Assembly (NCBI GenBank): GCA_039584815.1
Contig: JBDGXC010000017.1
Location: forward strand, 285 to 64,284
From: Gemmatimonadota bacterium
GTDB lineage: Bacteria > Gemmatimonadota > Gemmatimonadetes > Palauibacterales > Palauibacteraceae
Direction of reading: 5' to 3'
Length of the DNA stretch: 64,000 bases
Part shown: positions 39,652 to 51,710 of the stretch, one piece after another
How positions within the stretch are numbered: position 1 is the stretch's first letter
How the letters are laid out: the number at the start of each line of letters is the position of its first letter
Notes under the pieces: model-generated
Database searches by the model: none
What the model was told of the DNA's origin: nothing
The model's input: the letters and a program-made list of their open reading frames with translations, nothing else
Made by a program: the position numbers and the translations under genes

Positions 39652-41625
39652 TCATCCCTCGTCTCCCGCCCACTGCGGCGAATCGAAGTCCTTCTGGCCG
39701 TAGAACCGGAGTAGCGCGAACAGGATCGCCGCGCCCAGCAGCAGGGACGCCCACACCGGGAAGCCGTACGCGGTCGGGATGTTGCCCACGAAGACACCCA
39801 CGAAGCCCACGACCAGTGCGTACGGAAGCTGCGTGCGGACGTGGTCCACGTGGTCGCACGCCGATGCCATCGAGCTCATCACGGTCGTGTCCGAGATCGG
39901 GGAGCAGTGGTCCCCGAAGATCGCTCCCGCCAGCACCGAGGCGATCGAACCGAGCAGGATCACGTAGCTCGCGCCCGCCTCCGGGTCCACGGTGCCGCCC
40001 AGCGCCACCGCGAGAGGGATCACGATCGGGAGCAGGATCCCCATCGTTCCCCACGACGTCCCTGTGGCGAACGCGATCGAGGAGGCCGTGACGAACACGA
40101 GGGCGGGAAGGAGCTCCGCCGGCAGGTTCCCTTCCAACAGGCCGCTGATGAACGGGGCCGTCCCCAGGACCTTCGTGACCTCGCCGAGCGACCAGGCCAG
40201 GATCAGGATGATGCCGGCGAGGAACATGGCCCGCATCCCGCCCACCAGGCCATCGATTGCCTGGTGTACGGTCAGGATCCTCTGCCCAACGGCGAGGACG
40301 ATCGCCACGATGCAGCCGGCCAGCGATCCCCACAGGAGGGCGTCGAACGGGCTCGCCGCGCCGAAGATTTCCCACGGGGTGCCTGGCCGCCCGAGGTTCG
40401 ACCGGCCCTGGAAGTAAAGGCCGAACAGCACGACGAAGACAACGGCCAGGACAGGAAGCGCCGCGTTGTACCAGCGCAGGGGTGCGCCCTCGACGGGCTC
40501 CATCTTGTCGGATCCCGCCTCGGACATGAGCGCCGCGCCCTCCCGATGCAAGCCCTCGTCTCTCGAGGCGCGACGCTCGGCCTTGAGCATCGGACCGAAG
40601 TCCCGCTGCAGGAACACGATCAGTCCCACCATCAGGAGCGCCAACAGGGGATAGAACAGGTACGGGACGGAGTGGATGAAGATCGTGAACGCGTTGGCCG
40701 ACCCGAGAGTGACCGCGACCTGGGGCGCAGTCCCGGATTGCGCCGCTGCCGCCGCCAGACCGTCACCGATCAACGAGATTTCGAATCCGACCCAGGTGGA
40801 TACGAACACGATGGCGGCGACGGGTGCCGCGGTGGAGTCCACGATGTAGGCCAGCTTCTCCCGTGACACCTTCATGCGATCGGTGATCGGCCGCATGGTA
40901 TTGCCCACGATCAGCGTGTTCGCGTAGTCGTCGAAGAAGATCGCCAGACCGCTGAGGTAGGTCGCCAGCTGGGCGCGCCGTGGTGTCGTGGCCAACGGCC
41001 GTACCGCCTCCACGATGCCTCGCGTCCCGCCGCTCTTGCTGATCACACCTACCATGCCGCCCAGCATGAACGAGAATATGAGGATCGCGGCGTGGCTGTA
41101 ATCCACCAGCACCGGAGTGATGAAGGTGTCGACCGCTCGCATGGTGCCTGTGATCGGGTTGAGTCCCGCGTAGAACAGAGCCCCGAGCCAGACGCCGAGG
41201 AACAGCGAAGTCACCACTTCCTTGAACACGAGCGCGAGAACGATCGCGAGGAGCGGCGGGAGCAGGCTGATCCAGCCCGGGAACACGCGGGCCTCGAACT
41301 GCGTGCCCGCCTCCCGGTGCAACGGTACGATCTGGAGAGGCATCTCCGTTGCCGAGGTCACCTTCACGCCCCGGAACTCGACCCGTGCGCCGCCCGGGAC
41401 CACAGGTCCCTTGTGCGCCACCAGGCGGCGCGTTGCAGTGAACAGGCGGAGGCCGCCCACGACCTCGTGCGGGTCCGCCTCCACGACGAGGTCGAAACCC
41501 ACGCCCGCCAGGACGACCGCCGGACCCTCGACGACCCGGACGACCGACCCGACATCCTGTCCGAGCAGGGGCGGTGCCGACCACGGGGCCGCGAGTGCGA
41601 AGGCGAGAATCCAGCTGCGTGCCAT
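39652..41625 (-). CDS. Na+/H+ antiporter NhaC family protein
   Basis: IFFDDYAN, SREKLAYIVDSTAAP, FATGTSWGT and GDHCSPISDTT...DHVRTQLPYA. Confidence 0.9.
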   Translation of the reverse strand: MARSWILAFALAAPWSAPPLLGQDVGSVVRVVEGPAVVLAGVGFDLVVEADPHEVVGGLRLFTATRRLVAHKGPVVPGGARVEFRGVKVTSATEMPLQIVPLHREAGTQFEARVFPGWISLLPPLLAIVLALVFKEVVTSLFLGVWLGALFYAGLNPITGTMRAVDTFITPVLVDYSHAAILIFSFMLGGMVGVISKSGGTRGIVEAVRPLATTPRRAQLATYLSGLAIFFDDYANTLIVGNTMRPITDRMKVSREKLAYIVDSTAAPVAAIVFVSTWVGFEISLIGDGLAAAAAQSGTAPQVAVTLGSANAFTIFIHSVPYLFYPLLALLMVGLIVFLQRDFGPMLKAERRASRDEGLHREGAALMSEAGSDKMEPVEGAPLRWYNAALPVLAVVFVVLFGLYFQGRSNLGRPGTPWEIFGAASPFDALLWGSLAGCIVAIVLAVGQRILTVHQAIDGLVGGMRAMFLAGIILILAWSLGEVTKVLGTAPFISGLLEGNLPAELLPALVFVTASSIAFATGTSWGTMGILLPIVIPLAVALGGTVDPEAGASYVILLGSIASVLAGAIFGDHCSPISDTTVMSSMASACDHVDHVRTQLPYALVVGFVGVFVGNIPTAYGFPVWASLLLGAAILFALLRFYGQKDFDSPQWAGDEG

Positions 41626-41764
41626 GGCTGTTCCTTGAAGAGAGCGGCATCTGGCGTTGGTTCCGGATCGCCTCCGGCGAGGGCGCCAAGCTAGAGGTCC
41701 GCGTGGCCGGTTGTAAAGCCGGGGCGGGACGAGAAACGCTGGAAAGTCCCTTGTTTTGGGGCCG

Positions 41765-41793
41765 TTGATCCTCCGCCAGAGGCTCGGTATACT
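41765..41793 (+). promoter_or_regulatory. Putative sigma70 promoter of pyrR-pyrB-pyrC
   Basis: TTGATC-17 bp-TATACT. Confidence 0.6.
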
Positions 41794-41848
41794 GCGGCGA
41801 CGGCGGGCACCCCGCGTTGGTCAGTCGCCAAACTGGAAGGCGCCCTGA

Positions 41849-42403
41849 ATGACGACTCCCGAAGCGACGTCTCCAGTCCTCGACCACTCGGCCGTCGAGG
41901 GGACTCTGGAGAGACTGGCGCGGCAGATCGCGGCCGGTGGCTCGACCACCGACTTGATACTGGTCGGAATCCACCGGCGCGGCGTGGAGCTTGCGGAACG
42001 CCTCGCTCACTTGATCGTTGCCGACACGGGGGCCGAGATTCCGACCGGCAGCCTCGACATCACACTGTACAGAGACGACTTCCACCAGATCGGTCCCCGG
42101 CCGGTCATCGGCGTCACCGATATCCCGGGGGATGTGACGGGTCTACGTGTGGTGATCGTGGACGACGTGCTGTTCACGGGCCGCACCGTGCGCGCGGCTC
42201 TGAATGAGCTGGCCGACTTCGGCCGTCCCCGCCGGGTGGAGCTGTGCGTCCTGGTGGACAGGGGAGGACGCGAGCTGCCGATACAGGCGGATCACGTGGG
42301 GCTGGTCGTGGAAGTGGCTGAAGGACAGCGGGTGGAGGTGCGCGTGCCCGAGCTGGACGATGAGCTCACGGTCGCTCTGGTCGGGCCGGCGGAGAGCCCG
42401 TGA
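41849..42403 (+). CDS. pyrR: Pyrimidine operon regulator / uracil phosphoribosyltransferase PyrR
   Basis: [23 protein letters not shown] and [14 protein letters not shown]. Confidence 0.93.
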   Translation: MTTPEATSPVLDHSAVEGTLERLARQIAAGGSTTDLILVGIHRRGVELAERLAHLIVADTGAEIPTGSLDITLYRDDFHQIGPRPVIGVTDIPGDVTGLRVVIVDDVLFTGRTVRAALNELADFGRPRRVELCVLVDRGGRELPIQADHVGLVVEVAEGQRVEVRVPELDDELTVALVGPAESP

Positions 42404-43374
42404 GCGAGCCCAGGGCCGAGTTCGAGATCGGCAAGGACCTGGTAGGACTCGAAGGTCTGTCGCGCGAGACGATCACGGCGATCCTCGACACCGCCGAGCC
42501 GTTCAAGGAGATCAGCGAGCGACCCATCAAGAAGGTGCCGGTTCTCCGGGGCAAGACGATCGTCAACCTGTTCTTCGAGCCCTCCACCCGCACACGCATA
42601 TCGTTCGAGTTCGCCGAGAAGCGCCTCGGCGCGGATACGGTCAACATCAGCTCCAGCGGCTCCTCGGTCGTGAAGGGGGAGACACTGGTCGACACGGCGC
42701 GCAACCTCGAGGCCATGCGCATCGACATGGTGGTTATACGGCATGGGTCTTCCGGGGCTGCGCGCTTTCTCGCGGACCGGATCCCCTCGAACGTGATCAA
42801 CGGAGGAGACGGCCAGCACGAGCACCCCACGCAGGCCCTGCTCGACCTGCTGACTCTGCGCGACCGCCTGGGCCGGATCGAGGGTCTGAAGGTCTGCATC
42901 GTGGGCGACATTCTGCACTCGCGCGTGGCCCGATCCAACATCTTCGGACTCCAGGCGCTCGGTGCCCAGGTCGCCGTGTGCGGCCCGCGAAGCCTGATCC
43001 CGTATGGCATCGAGGACATGGGCGTCCGGACGTTCTACGACGTGGATGAAGCCATCGACTGGGCGGATGCCCTCAACGTCCTGCGTCTCCAGCTGGAGCG
43101 CATGGAGACGGGCTTCATCCCATCCCTGCGCGAATACAATCGCGTATTCGGCATCAAACGGGCGCGCCTGGAGAGGGCGGCGCGGGAGACCGTGGTTCTT
43201 CACCCGGGCCCGATCAACCGCGGCGTGGAGATCGATTCGGACGTGGCCGACGGTCCCCAGTCCGTCATCCTGCCTCAGGTTACGAACGGGGTGGCCGTCC
43301 GCATGGCCGTGCTCTACCTGCTCGCGGGCGGTGCTCCGGGTGGGGCCGAGGCCGCGAAACAGGAGAGCGCATGA
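42400..43374 (+). CDS. pyrB: Aspartate carbamoyltransferase catalytic subunit
   Basis: [25 protein letters not shown] and HPGPINRG. Confidence 0.96.
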   Translation: MSEPRAEFEIGKDLVGLEGLSRETITAILDTAEPFKEISERPIKKVPVLRGKTIVNLFFEPSTRTRISFEFAEKRLGADTVNISSSGSSVVKGETLVDTARNLEAMRIDMVVIRHGSSGAARFLADRIPSNVINGGDGQHEHPTQALLDLLTLRDRLGRIEGLKVCIVGDILHSRVARSNIFGLQALGAQVAVCGPRSLIPYGIEDMGVRTFYDVDEAIDWADALNVLRLQLERMETGFIPSLREYNRVFGIKRARLERAARETVVLHPGPINRGVEIDSDVADGPQSVILPQVTNGVAVRMAVLYLLAGGAPGGAEAAKQESA

Positions 43375-44654
43375 GCAGGCCGCTCCTGCTGCGCGGTGGT
43401 CGCGTGGTCGATCCGTCGCAGAGTCTGGACGAGCTCACCGATGTCCTGATCGTCGATGGTCTCATAGAGGCCGTCGGAGACGACATCGCAGGCCCCGACG
43501 ATGCGGACGAGCTGGACGTTTCGGGGATGGCGGTGTCGCCTGGACTGATCGACCTGCACGTCCACCTGCGGGAGCCCGGGGGCGAGCACCGGGAGACGAT
43601 CCACACGGGCTCGCACGCGGCGCTCGCCGGCGGTTTCACCACGGTATGGGCGATGCCCAACACGGATCCACCGATCGACGATCCGGCAGCCGTGGGTTAC
43701 GTGCGCCTGGCGGCCCGAGCCGCCCGCGGAACGCGGGTCATGCCCATCGGCGCCGCCTCCGTTGGTCAGAAGGGCGAGCGCATGACGGAAGTGGGCGAGC
43801 TGGTCAAGGCCGGTGCCATCGCCGTGTCCGACGACGGACACCCGGTGTGGAACGCCGGGCTGATGCGCCGCCTGCTCGAATACACACAGACGTTCGGAAT
43901 TCCGGTGCTCCAGCATTCGGAAGAGCGAAGCCTGGCGGGCGGGGTGATGAACGAGGGCACGGTGGCCACGGCATTGGGCCTGCGTGGGCTTCCCAATGCG
44001 GCTGAGGCGTGTATGGTAGCGAGAGACGTTCAGCTGGCCGAGCTGACGGGTGGCCAGCTGCACGTATGCCACGTATCGGCGCGCCAGTCGGTCGAGCAGT
44101 TGCGAATGGCCAAGGAGAAAGGGCTGAGGGTCACGGCGGAGGTCACGCCGCATCATCTGGCCCTCACCGACGAGATGTGCAAGGACTACAACACTCAGGC
44201 CAAGGTCAACCCGCCCCTGCGCACCGCGGAGGACGTCGAAGCCGTGACGCAGGCGTTGATCGACGGTGTGATCGACGTCATCGCGACCGATCACGCCCCG
44301 CATCATTATGAGGAGAAAGAACAGGAGTTCGACTATGCGCCGTTCGGGATCAACGGGCTCGAGACGGCACTCGGCCTGAGCATGCGCGCGCTCGTCGAGC
44401 CCGGGCGTCTGACCCTGTCGGGGCTGGTCGATCGCATGTCGTGCGCGCCCGCCCGCATCATGGGACTCGACGGCGGGACGTTGCGCAGCGGGGCGCCGGC
44501 CGACATCGTCGTATTTGACCCTGAGGAACGCTGGACGGTCGACACGGCCGATTTCCGTTCGCGAAGCCGCAACACGCCGCTCGCGGGCTGGGAGCTCATC
44601 GGTCGCGTTCACCGTACGCTCGTCGGGGGCGAGCTTCGCTTCGACAGGAGCTGA
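43371..44654 (+). CDS. pyrC: Dihydroorotase
   Basis: [21 protein letters not shown] and ATDHAPH; follows pyrB. Confidence 0.94.
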   Translation: MSRPLLLRGGRVVDPSQSLDELTDVLIVDGLIEAVGDDIAGPDDADELDVSGMAVSPGLIDLHVHLREPGGEHRETIHTGSHAALAGGFTTVWAMPNTDPPIDDPAAVGYVRLAARAARGTRVMPIGAASVGQKGERMTEVGELVKAGAIAVSDDGHPVWNAGLMRRLLEYTQTFGIPVLQHSEERSLAGGVMNEGTVATALGLRGLPNAAEACMVARDVQLAELTGGQLHVCHVSARQSVEQLRMAKEKGLRVTAEVTPHHLALTDEMCKDYNTQAKVNPPLRTAEDVEAVTQALIDGVIDVIATDHAPHHYEEKEQEFDYAPFGINGLETALGLSMRALVEPGRLTLSGLVDRMSCAPARIMGLDGGTLRSGAPADIVVFDPEERWTVDTADFRSRSRNTPLAGWELIGRVHRTLVGGELRFDRS

Positions 44655-44726
44655 GCCGCCCGATCGGAAGCCGGGCCGCTGACCGCGGCGCGACCAACGT
44701 CACTCTTACGGAGAGCCGAGAACGTC

Positions 44727-45527
44727 ATGGAAGGCGAACACGTGATTCCGGATGAGATTCGCCAGCTACTCGAGCGCCGAAGCACGTTTCAGGAGTGGCT
44801 GCACCGACTGGATGAGCTCGACGGCGGGTTCCGACCGGAGGTCTCCGGGAAGGTGCGAACCGACTACGCGAACCGCCTGAGCGAGGTCGAAGGCGAGCTC
44901 CAGGGCCATCGCGATGCGCTGGAGTCAGCGCTCTCCAAGCGTCGCTCCGCTGTGGATGACGCGGAAGGCCGGCATGATGTGCGGTCGGCGGAGCTGGAGG
45001 AATCGCGGCTGCGGCACACTGTCGGCGAGTTCGACGACGCGGAATGGGAGAAGCAGCGCAAACAGCACCAGTCGGTGCTCGACAAGCTCGACGCCGAGCT
45101 GGCCGAGCACCGGGCGGCCGTGGATATGCTGGAAGTGGTGCTTGCAGAGCTGAACGCCCCGGCCCGCACGCCTTCTGAGGCCGAGTCGCCAGCGGAGGAG
45201 CCACCGGTGCCCGGGGAAGTGGTGACTGCGGAGGACGGGTGGCCCACGCCGGAGCCGACGACCGGTGACTTCGAGGCGGCCGAATCCGGTGAGGAAACGG
45301 CTGCTGTCACGGAGACCGTGGCGGAGGAGGGCGAGGAGGAAGATCTCGTCGCGGACGCGTCCAACTCGAAGGGCCCTTCGGAGTTCGCGGACGAGCTGGA
45401 GTTCCTGGAATCACTGTCGCTGGACGATGCCCGGAGCTTCGACGCCGTGTCCGCCATGCTGGAGGAATCCGAAGAAGAGGGCGGGGACGGCAAGCAGGAC
45501 GCCGACGCGGCGACGGAGGATCGCTGA
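44727..45527 (+). CDS. Hypothetical coiled-coil protein with acidic low-complexity C-terminus
   Basis: GGAGAG SD; heptad-rich N-terminal half; E/D-rich tail with DELEFLESL motif. Confidence 0.75.
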   Translation: MEGEHVIPDEIRQLLERRSTFQEWLHRLDELDGGFRPEVSGKVRTDYANRLSEVEGELQGHRDALESALSKRRSAVDDAEGRHDVRSAELEESRLRHTVGEFDDAEWEKQRKQHQSVLDKLDAELAEHRAAVDMLEVVLAELNAPARTPSEAESPAEEPPVPGEVVTAEDGWPTPEPTTGDFEAAESGEETAAVTETVAEEGEEEDLVADASNSKGPSEFADELEFLESLSLDDARSFDAVSAMLEESEEEGGDGKQDADAATEDR

Positions 45528-45606
45528 ACGCCGACGGCCCGCGACGCTCGCGGGCCGGATTCCACATGGAGGAGACTCGAGCGCGCCGCTGCCGCGGTGC
45601 GTGCCG

Positions 45607-45864
45607 TCAGTCAGCCAGATGGCGGACGTAGCGAGCGAGGCGGGACTTCCGGCGTGCGGCCGCCTGTTTCGACACGATGCCCTTCCGGGCTGCCGTATCG
45701 AGCAGAGACGTGATCCTTCGAAAGGCCTGTTCGGCCTCGTCGGCACCTTCCATGTGCAGGAGACTCTTGGAGCGCGTACGGATCTCGGACCGCACGGTGC
45801 GGTTGCGGTCCCGGCGCTTGCGCGACTGCCTGAGCCTCTTGCGGGCGCTTTCGATGTTCGGCAA
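45607..45864 (-). CDS. rpsT: 30S ribosomal protein S20
   Basis: TTG start; PNIESARKRLRQ...RN...S.IRT, LD.AA.KG and AARRKSRL. Confidence 0.93.
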   Translation of the reverse strand: MPNIESARKRLRQSRKRRDRNRTVRSEIRTRSKSLLHMEGADEAEQAFRRITSLLDTAARKGIVSKQAAARRKSRLARYVRHLAD

Positions 45865-45962
45865 TGCTCTATTCCCTCGCGTGTTCGTATGACATCGCGT
45901 GATGCAAAGATCGAACAGCATACGTTGAATCGAATTCCGGAGCAAGGTCGCCCCGACACGAG

Positions 45963-46769
45963 ATGAGCGCGATCGCCCCGCCCCGCGAAGCGGCCGACAC
46001 CATAGGAGAATCGTTCCAGATCCAGCTGGAGCGATTCGAGGGACCGCTCGACCTTCTGTTGCACCTGATCCGGTCGCAGGATATCGACATCTTCGACATC
46101 CCGATCGCCCGGATCACGGAGCAGTTCGTCTCCGCGCTCTCCGACAGCCTGGAGGTCATTGCGATCGAGCGAGCGGGCGAGTTCGTCGAGATGGCCGCGA
46201 CGCTGGTCCGCATCAAGGCCCAGCTCCTGCTTCCCAGGCCCGAGCAGCCGGAATGGGAAATGGATCCACGTGCCGAGCTCGTCCGGCGCCTGCTGGAATA
46301 CGAGCACTTCCAGGACGTCGTGCACGTCCTGCAGGGCGCGGAAGCGCAGCGCGGGCGCCATTTCGGCAAGGGCTTCATCCGGGGCCGGCCGCCGCCGCTG
46401 CTCGAGCCCGTCCGCCTGGAGCTCGGCCTGGAGGAGTTTCTCAAGGTGGCCGCGCGCATTCCGGAGCCGATGCCGCCCGCCGCGGTGCGACCTCCGAGTT
46501 TGACCGTAACGGTGGACGAGAAGGTGTCCCTGCTGCGTCGCCTGCTCGACAAGACGGCCCGCGTGCCGTTCGACAGGCTGTTCCGACCATGGGGCACCCG
46601 GGGACACGCGGTGGCGGCGCTCCTCGCGGCTCTCGAGCTGGCCCGTCAGCAAGTTCTTCGCATCGAACAGGTCCGGCCCTTTTCCTCCATCTGGCTTCTC
46701 CGGGGACGAGGCCGGGCGAAGCGGAACGGCACCGGGCGACCGGCAGCGAAGGCGTCGGATGAAAGCTGA
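45963..46769 (+). CDS. scpA: Segregation and condensation protein A
   Basis: FEGPLDLLLHLI..Q.IDI.DIPIA.IT, DPRAELVRRLLEY and ALLEL-like C-terminus. Confidence 0.93.
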   Translation: MSAIAPPREAADTIGESFQIQLERFEGPLDLLLHLIRSQDIDIFDIPIARITEQFVSALSDSLEVIAIERAGEFVEMAATLVRIKAQLLLPRPEQPEWEMDPRAELVRRLLEYEHFQDVVHVLQGAEAQRGRHFGKGFIRGRPPPLLEPVRLELGLEEFLKVAARIPEPMPPAAVRPPSLTVTVDEKVSLLRRLLDKTARVPFDRLFRPWGTRGHAVAALLAALELARQQVLRIEQVRPFSSIWLLRGRGRAKRNGTGRPAAKASDES

Positions 46770-47352
46770 GCAGGTCGTCGAGGCGACCCTCTTCGCGAGC
46801 CAGACCTCGCTCACGCCGGCCGAGATCGCGCGGGCCGACGAAGACCTGGACGAAGATGCGGTGCGGACCGCCATTCAGTCGCTCCGCGAAGCGTACGAAG
46901 AGGCGGAGCGAGCGTTCCAGATATACCAGCTCGGGGACGGGTACCAGATCCTCACCCGACCCGAGTTCGCCCCCTATCTGGAGCGCTTCGATTCGGTTCC
47001 GCGGGCGCCACACCTGTCGCCCGCCGCGCTGGAAACGCTGGCGATCATCGCCTACCGTCAACCCATCGGTCGGATCGAGATCGAGGAAGTGCGCGGGGTG
47101 AGCGCGACATCGGTGTTGCGCACGCTGGTGGACTGGGAGCTGATCCGGGTCGTGGCTCGAGGGGACGGACTGGGGCGTCCACTGCTGTACGGCGTGACGC
47201 AGAACTTCCTCGAACATTTCGGACTCAAAGACGTGTCGGATCTGCCCGGTCCTGATGAACTTCCGGTCGTTCTCGGAGATCTCCAGGCCACGGTGGAGGA
47301 CGTCCAGGAGGCGGACACGGACCCGGTTCCGGCCGCGGAGGACCTCCCCTGA
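46759..47352 (+). CDS. scpB: Segregation and condensation protein B
   Basis: EATLFA, LS.AALETLAIIAYRQP...IE.VRGV and GRPLLYG.T..FL.HFGL. Confidence 0.94.
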   Translation: MKAEQVVEATLFASQTSLTPAEIARADEDLDEDAVRTAIQSLREAYEEAERAFQIYQLGDGYQILTRPEFAPYLERFDSVPRAPHLSPAALETLAIIAYRQPIGRIEIEEVRGVSATSVLRTLVDWELIRVVARGDGLGRPLLYGVTQNFLEHFGLKDVSDLPGPDELPVVLGDLQATVEDVQEADTDPVPAAEDLP

Positions 47353-47355
47353 CCC

Positions 47356-48087
47356 GTGGCCCGCACCATGCGCCTTCAGAAGTTCCTCGCGCGGTCGGGC
47401 GTAGCTTCCCGGAGGGCCAGTGAAGACCTGATTCGGGCCGGCCGGGTGGAGGTGGACGGGGAGGTGGTGGTGCGTCAGGGGGTACAGGTGGATCCGGAGC
47501 GCAGCGTCGTCCAGGTGGATGGCCGGAGAGTGATACCGCGGCCGTCCCGTTGGGTGGTGCTCCACAAACCGCCCGGTTGTCTGTGTACGCGGGACGATCC
47601 CGACGGTCGGCCCACGGTATACGACCTGCTGGATCCGGCGGACGCCGACCTGTTCCACGTCGGCCGCCTTGATTACATGAGTGAGGGTCTTCTTCTCCTC
47701 ACGAACGACGGGGACACCGCTGCGGCGCTTCTCCACCCGCGCACTCGCGTACCGCGCCGCTACGAGGTCACGGTGGGCCGTCCCGTGCCCGGAGATCTGG
47801 AGGACCGCCTGCGCCGCGGCGTGCACCTCGACGACGGAGTTGCCCGGGTCGAGTCGATCAGGCGACACCGGGGTGAAGGGCGTGACGAGATCCTGCTGGA
47901 GCTCACTCTGCGCGAGGGGCGAAACCGGGAGATCCGACGCCTGATGGACGCGGTGGGCGTCGAGATCCACGCGCTCAAGCGCGTCGCGTTCGGTCCTCTG
48001 GGAATCCGGAATCTGCCCCGCGGCTCCTGGCGCCGACTCGAGGCGGCGGAGATCGCGGAGCTTGAGTCCTTGAACAGGAACGGCTGA
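47356..48087 (+). CDS. rluB: rRNA pseudouridine synthase (RsuA/RluB family)
   Basis: S4 domain RLQKFLA..GVASRR; VGRLDYMSEGLLLLTNDG and EGRNREIRR; typical scpAB linkage. Confidence 0.85.
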   Translation: MARTMRLQKFLARSGVASRRASEDLIRAGRVEVDGEVVVRQGVQVDPERSVVQVDGRRVIPRPSRWVVLHKPPGCLCTRDDPDGRPTVYDLLDPADADLFHVGRLDYMSEGLLLLTNDGDTAAALLHPRTRVPRRYEVTVGRPVPGDLEDRLRRGVHLDDGVARVESIRRHRGEGRDEILLELTLREGRNREIRRLMDAVGVEIHALKRVAFGPLGIRNLPRGSWRRLEAAEIAELESLNRNG

Positions 48088-48088
48088 C

Positions 48089-49741
48089 ATGGACATACAG
48101 GGAAGAAACATCCTGATGCTCGGCGGTTCCGGGCTGGTTGGAATCGCCATCGCCCGAAAGCTGATGCCTCTGCGCCCCGGCCGACTGGTGATCGCGGCTC
48201 TGCGACGTGACGAGGCCGAAGAAGGTGTGGCGACGCTGCGCCAGATGCCGGACTCCTCTGATGTCGAGCTCATCGCCGAATGGGGTGACATCCTCCTGCG
48301 TACCAGTCGCAGGGACGACTCCCGCACGGCCATGCTGGAATCCGACGAGGGACGGGCCGAGATCCTGGACGACCTCCTCGGGCATCTGACCGAGGAGGAC
48401 TTCCGGCGCAACCTCCTGTACACCCTCCTCGAGGCGCACCGGCCGGAGATCGTGATTGACTGTGTCAACACGGCGACGGCAATCGCCTACCAGGACCTGT
48501 TCAAGTCCGCCGGGAGCCTCCGCGATCTGATGTGGAGCGGTGGCAGACCCACGGTTGCGGACATCGAAGCCCACCTGACGACCCTGTACCTCCCCCAGCT
48601 CATCCGGCACGTGCAGGTGTTGATGCGCGGCATGCGCACCGCCGGCACGGAAGTGTACCTCAAGATCGGCACGTCGGGCACGGGCGGCATGGGACTCAAC
48701 GTGCCGTTTACGCATTCCGAGGAGCGGCCTTCGGCTACCCTGCTGTCCAAGGCCAGTGTCTCGGGAGCGCACTCGGCGCTGCTCTTCCTCATGGGTCGGA
48801 CACCCGATTCGCCGGTCGTCAAGGAAGTCAAGCCGACGGCCGCCGTGGGATGGAAGCGCATCTGCTTCGGGCCCGTGGCGCGCGGAGGACGACCGATTCC
48901 CCGCATCGATTGCCGCGAGCCGGTGGACCTATCCGAGGCGTTCGGCGGTAATCCGGGGGAGCGCTGCGTGGAAACCGGTGAGCCGCTCGAGTCGGTGTGG
49001 CTCGACGCCGGCGAGAACGGCCTGTTCAGCCTCGGCGAGTACGAGACGATCTCGTCGCTCGGCCTGATGGAGATCATCACGCCCGAGGAGATCGCCGATG
49101 CGTCGATCGCGGAGATCAGGGGCCGGCCGACCGGTCGGGACATCGTCGGCGCCCTGGACGCGGCGACCATGGGTCCGACGTACAGAGGAGGCGCCCTGCG
49201 AGAGACGGCTCTCCGCTTCATGGAAGAACTGGAGGCAGAACACGGCGTGCGCTCCGTGGCGTTCGAGATGCTGGGCCCGCCGCGGCTCAGCAAGCTGTTG
49301 TTCGAGGCTGAGATTCTCTATCGCCTGATGCGGAAGGTGCGTGCCGCGGCGGACCTGGATCCGGAAGAGACGGCGAAGGGCGCGCTGGATCTCGTGCAGT
49401 CGGACGATCGCCTGCGGTCGGACATCCTGTCGATCGGGATCCCGATTCTCCTCCCGGATGGCGAGCGAATGCTCCGAGGACCCAGGGTGAGCGTCGTGCC
49501 TGACGAGCCTGCCGAGGCGACGTGGGCTAACAGGGGCTGGGTGGATCTTCGCCCCGAGTCGTGGGAGAAATGGCGTGATCGGATGCGCTCGTTCAGGGAC
49601 GATGTCCTGGAGGCCGAGGACGCGGGGCAGGGCTCGGGCGGTGATCTCGATGTGCGTGCACGCAGCGGCGAGATTCGGCCCGGAGCCATGGCGGCCTACG
49701 TCTTCCGCTTCGAGGACGAGGGCGAGCGTATGAAGCGCTGA
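48089..49741 (+). CDS. Rossmann-fold (SDR-like) protein of unknown function
   Basis: N-terminal MLGGSGLVG; DCVNTATAIAY and KIGTSGTGGMGLN.P.THSE. Confidence 0.7.
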   Translation: MDIQGRNILMLGGSGLVGIAIARKLMPLRPGRLVIAALRRDEAEEGVATLRQMPDSSDVELIAEWGDILLRTSRRDDSRTAMLESDEGRAEILDDLLGHLTEEDFRRNLLYTLLEAHRPEIVIDCVNTATAIAYQDLFKSAGSLRDLMWSGGRPTVADIEAHLTTLYLPQLIRHVQVLMRGMRTAGTEVYLKIGTSGTGGMGLNVPFTHSEERPSATLLSKASVSGAHSALLFLMGRTPDSPVVKEVKPTAAVGWKRICFGPVARGGRPIPRIDCREPVDLSEAFGGNPGERCVETGEPLESVWLDAGENGLFSLGEYETISSLGLMEIITPEEIADASIAEIRGRPTGRDIVGALDAATMGPTYRGGALRETALRFMEELEAEHGVRSVAFEMLGPPRLSKLLFEAEILYRLMRKVRAAADLDPEETAKGALDLVQSDDRLRSDILSIGIPILLPDGERMLRGPRVSVVPDEPAEATWANRGWVDLRPESWEKWRDRMRSFRDDVLEAEDAGQGSGGDLDVRARSGEIRPGAMAAYVFRFEDEGERMKR

Positions 49742-49761
49742 GCGAACAGCGGGGGAGGGAC

Positions 49762-50777
<1,016 letters not shown>

Positions 50778-50778
<1 letters not shown>

Positions 50779-51710
50779 TGCGACTGCCGCTCTTCGGGTT
50801 CCGGACCCCGCCCGAGGCGGACCCGGAACCCGACACCTCGGCGGTGCCGGCACTGGTGCGCCGCCTCGAGCTACGGGCCAAGCGTCTCATGGAGAACCGG
50901 ACCGTGGGCGCGTACGACTCCGTGTTCCGGGGTCACGGCATCGAGTTCTCCGAGGTCAGGGCGTATCAGGCAGGAGATCCCTTCCAGGCCATCGACTGGA
51001 AGGTCACGGCTCGCATGGGCCGCCCGTTCGTCAAGAAATTCGTAGAGGAAAGGGAGCTCACGGTCCTGCTGATCGTGGACCTTTCCGGCTCGACCGACTT
51101 CGGCACGCGGACGCGCACCAAGCGCGACCTGAGCCTCGAGCTCGCGGCGGTCCTCGGACTGGCGGCGGCTCGCAACAACGATCGGGTCGGACTTCTGCTG
51201 TTCAGCGATCGGGTCGAACGCTGGCTGCCACCGCGACGAGGCCGCGGCCGATTGCGCCAGCTCCTGCACGTCCTCGCCTGTCATCGGCCGCGCGGCAGGG
51301 GCACCGACATCGCTCTGGCGCTGGCCACGGCGTCCCGTTCCCTGAAGACGCGGTCTCTGGTCTTCGTCCTGTCCGACTTTCAGGGTCCGTCGTTTCGCAG
51401 GGAGCTCACGGCCGCCGCCCGTCGGCACGACGTGGTGGGCCTGCACCTGGTGGATCCCGCTGAGCGTGCGCTTCCCGCGGCCGGCCTGCTGGAGGTGCGT
51501 GACCCGGAAACGGGAGAAGTCGGGGTCCTCGACCTGGGCGACCGGCGGGCTCGCCGCTACCTGAGCCGTGTGGCCTCGGAGCGCGAGGCCAACGTGGCCT
51601 GGCTGTTTCGCAGGGCCGGAGCGGATCGTGTCATGTTGCATACCGACCGACCATATGCCGCAGACCTGGCCGCGTTCTTCGCGGCGCGCGCCCGAGCGAG
51701 GCTGCACTGA
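50778..51710 (+). CDS. DUF58 domain protein
   Basis: G.EFSEVR.Y..GD....IDWKVTAR, EERELT and VDLSGS. Confidence 0.9.

Noticed and set aside
41794-41848. PyrR-binding attenuator upstream of pyrR
   Set aside because: The leader is only about 50 nt, and I see no AGUCC..GAGG-type PyrR loop or U-tailed terminator. The GGCGAC/GTCGCC pairing overlaps the predicted TSS.
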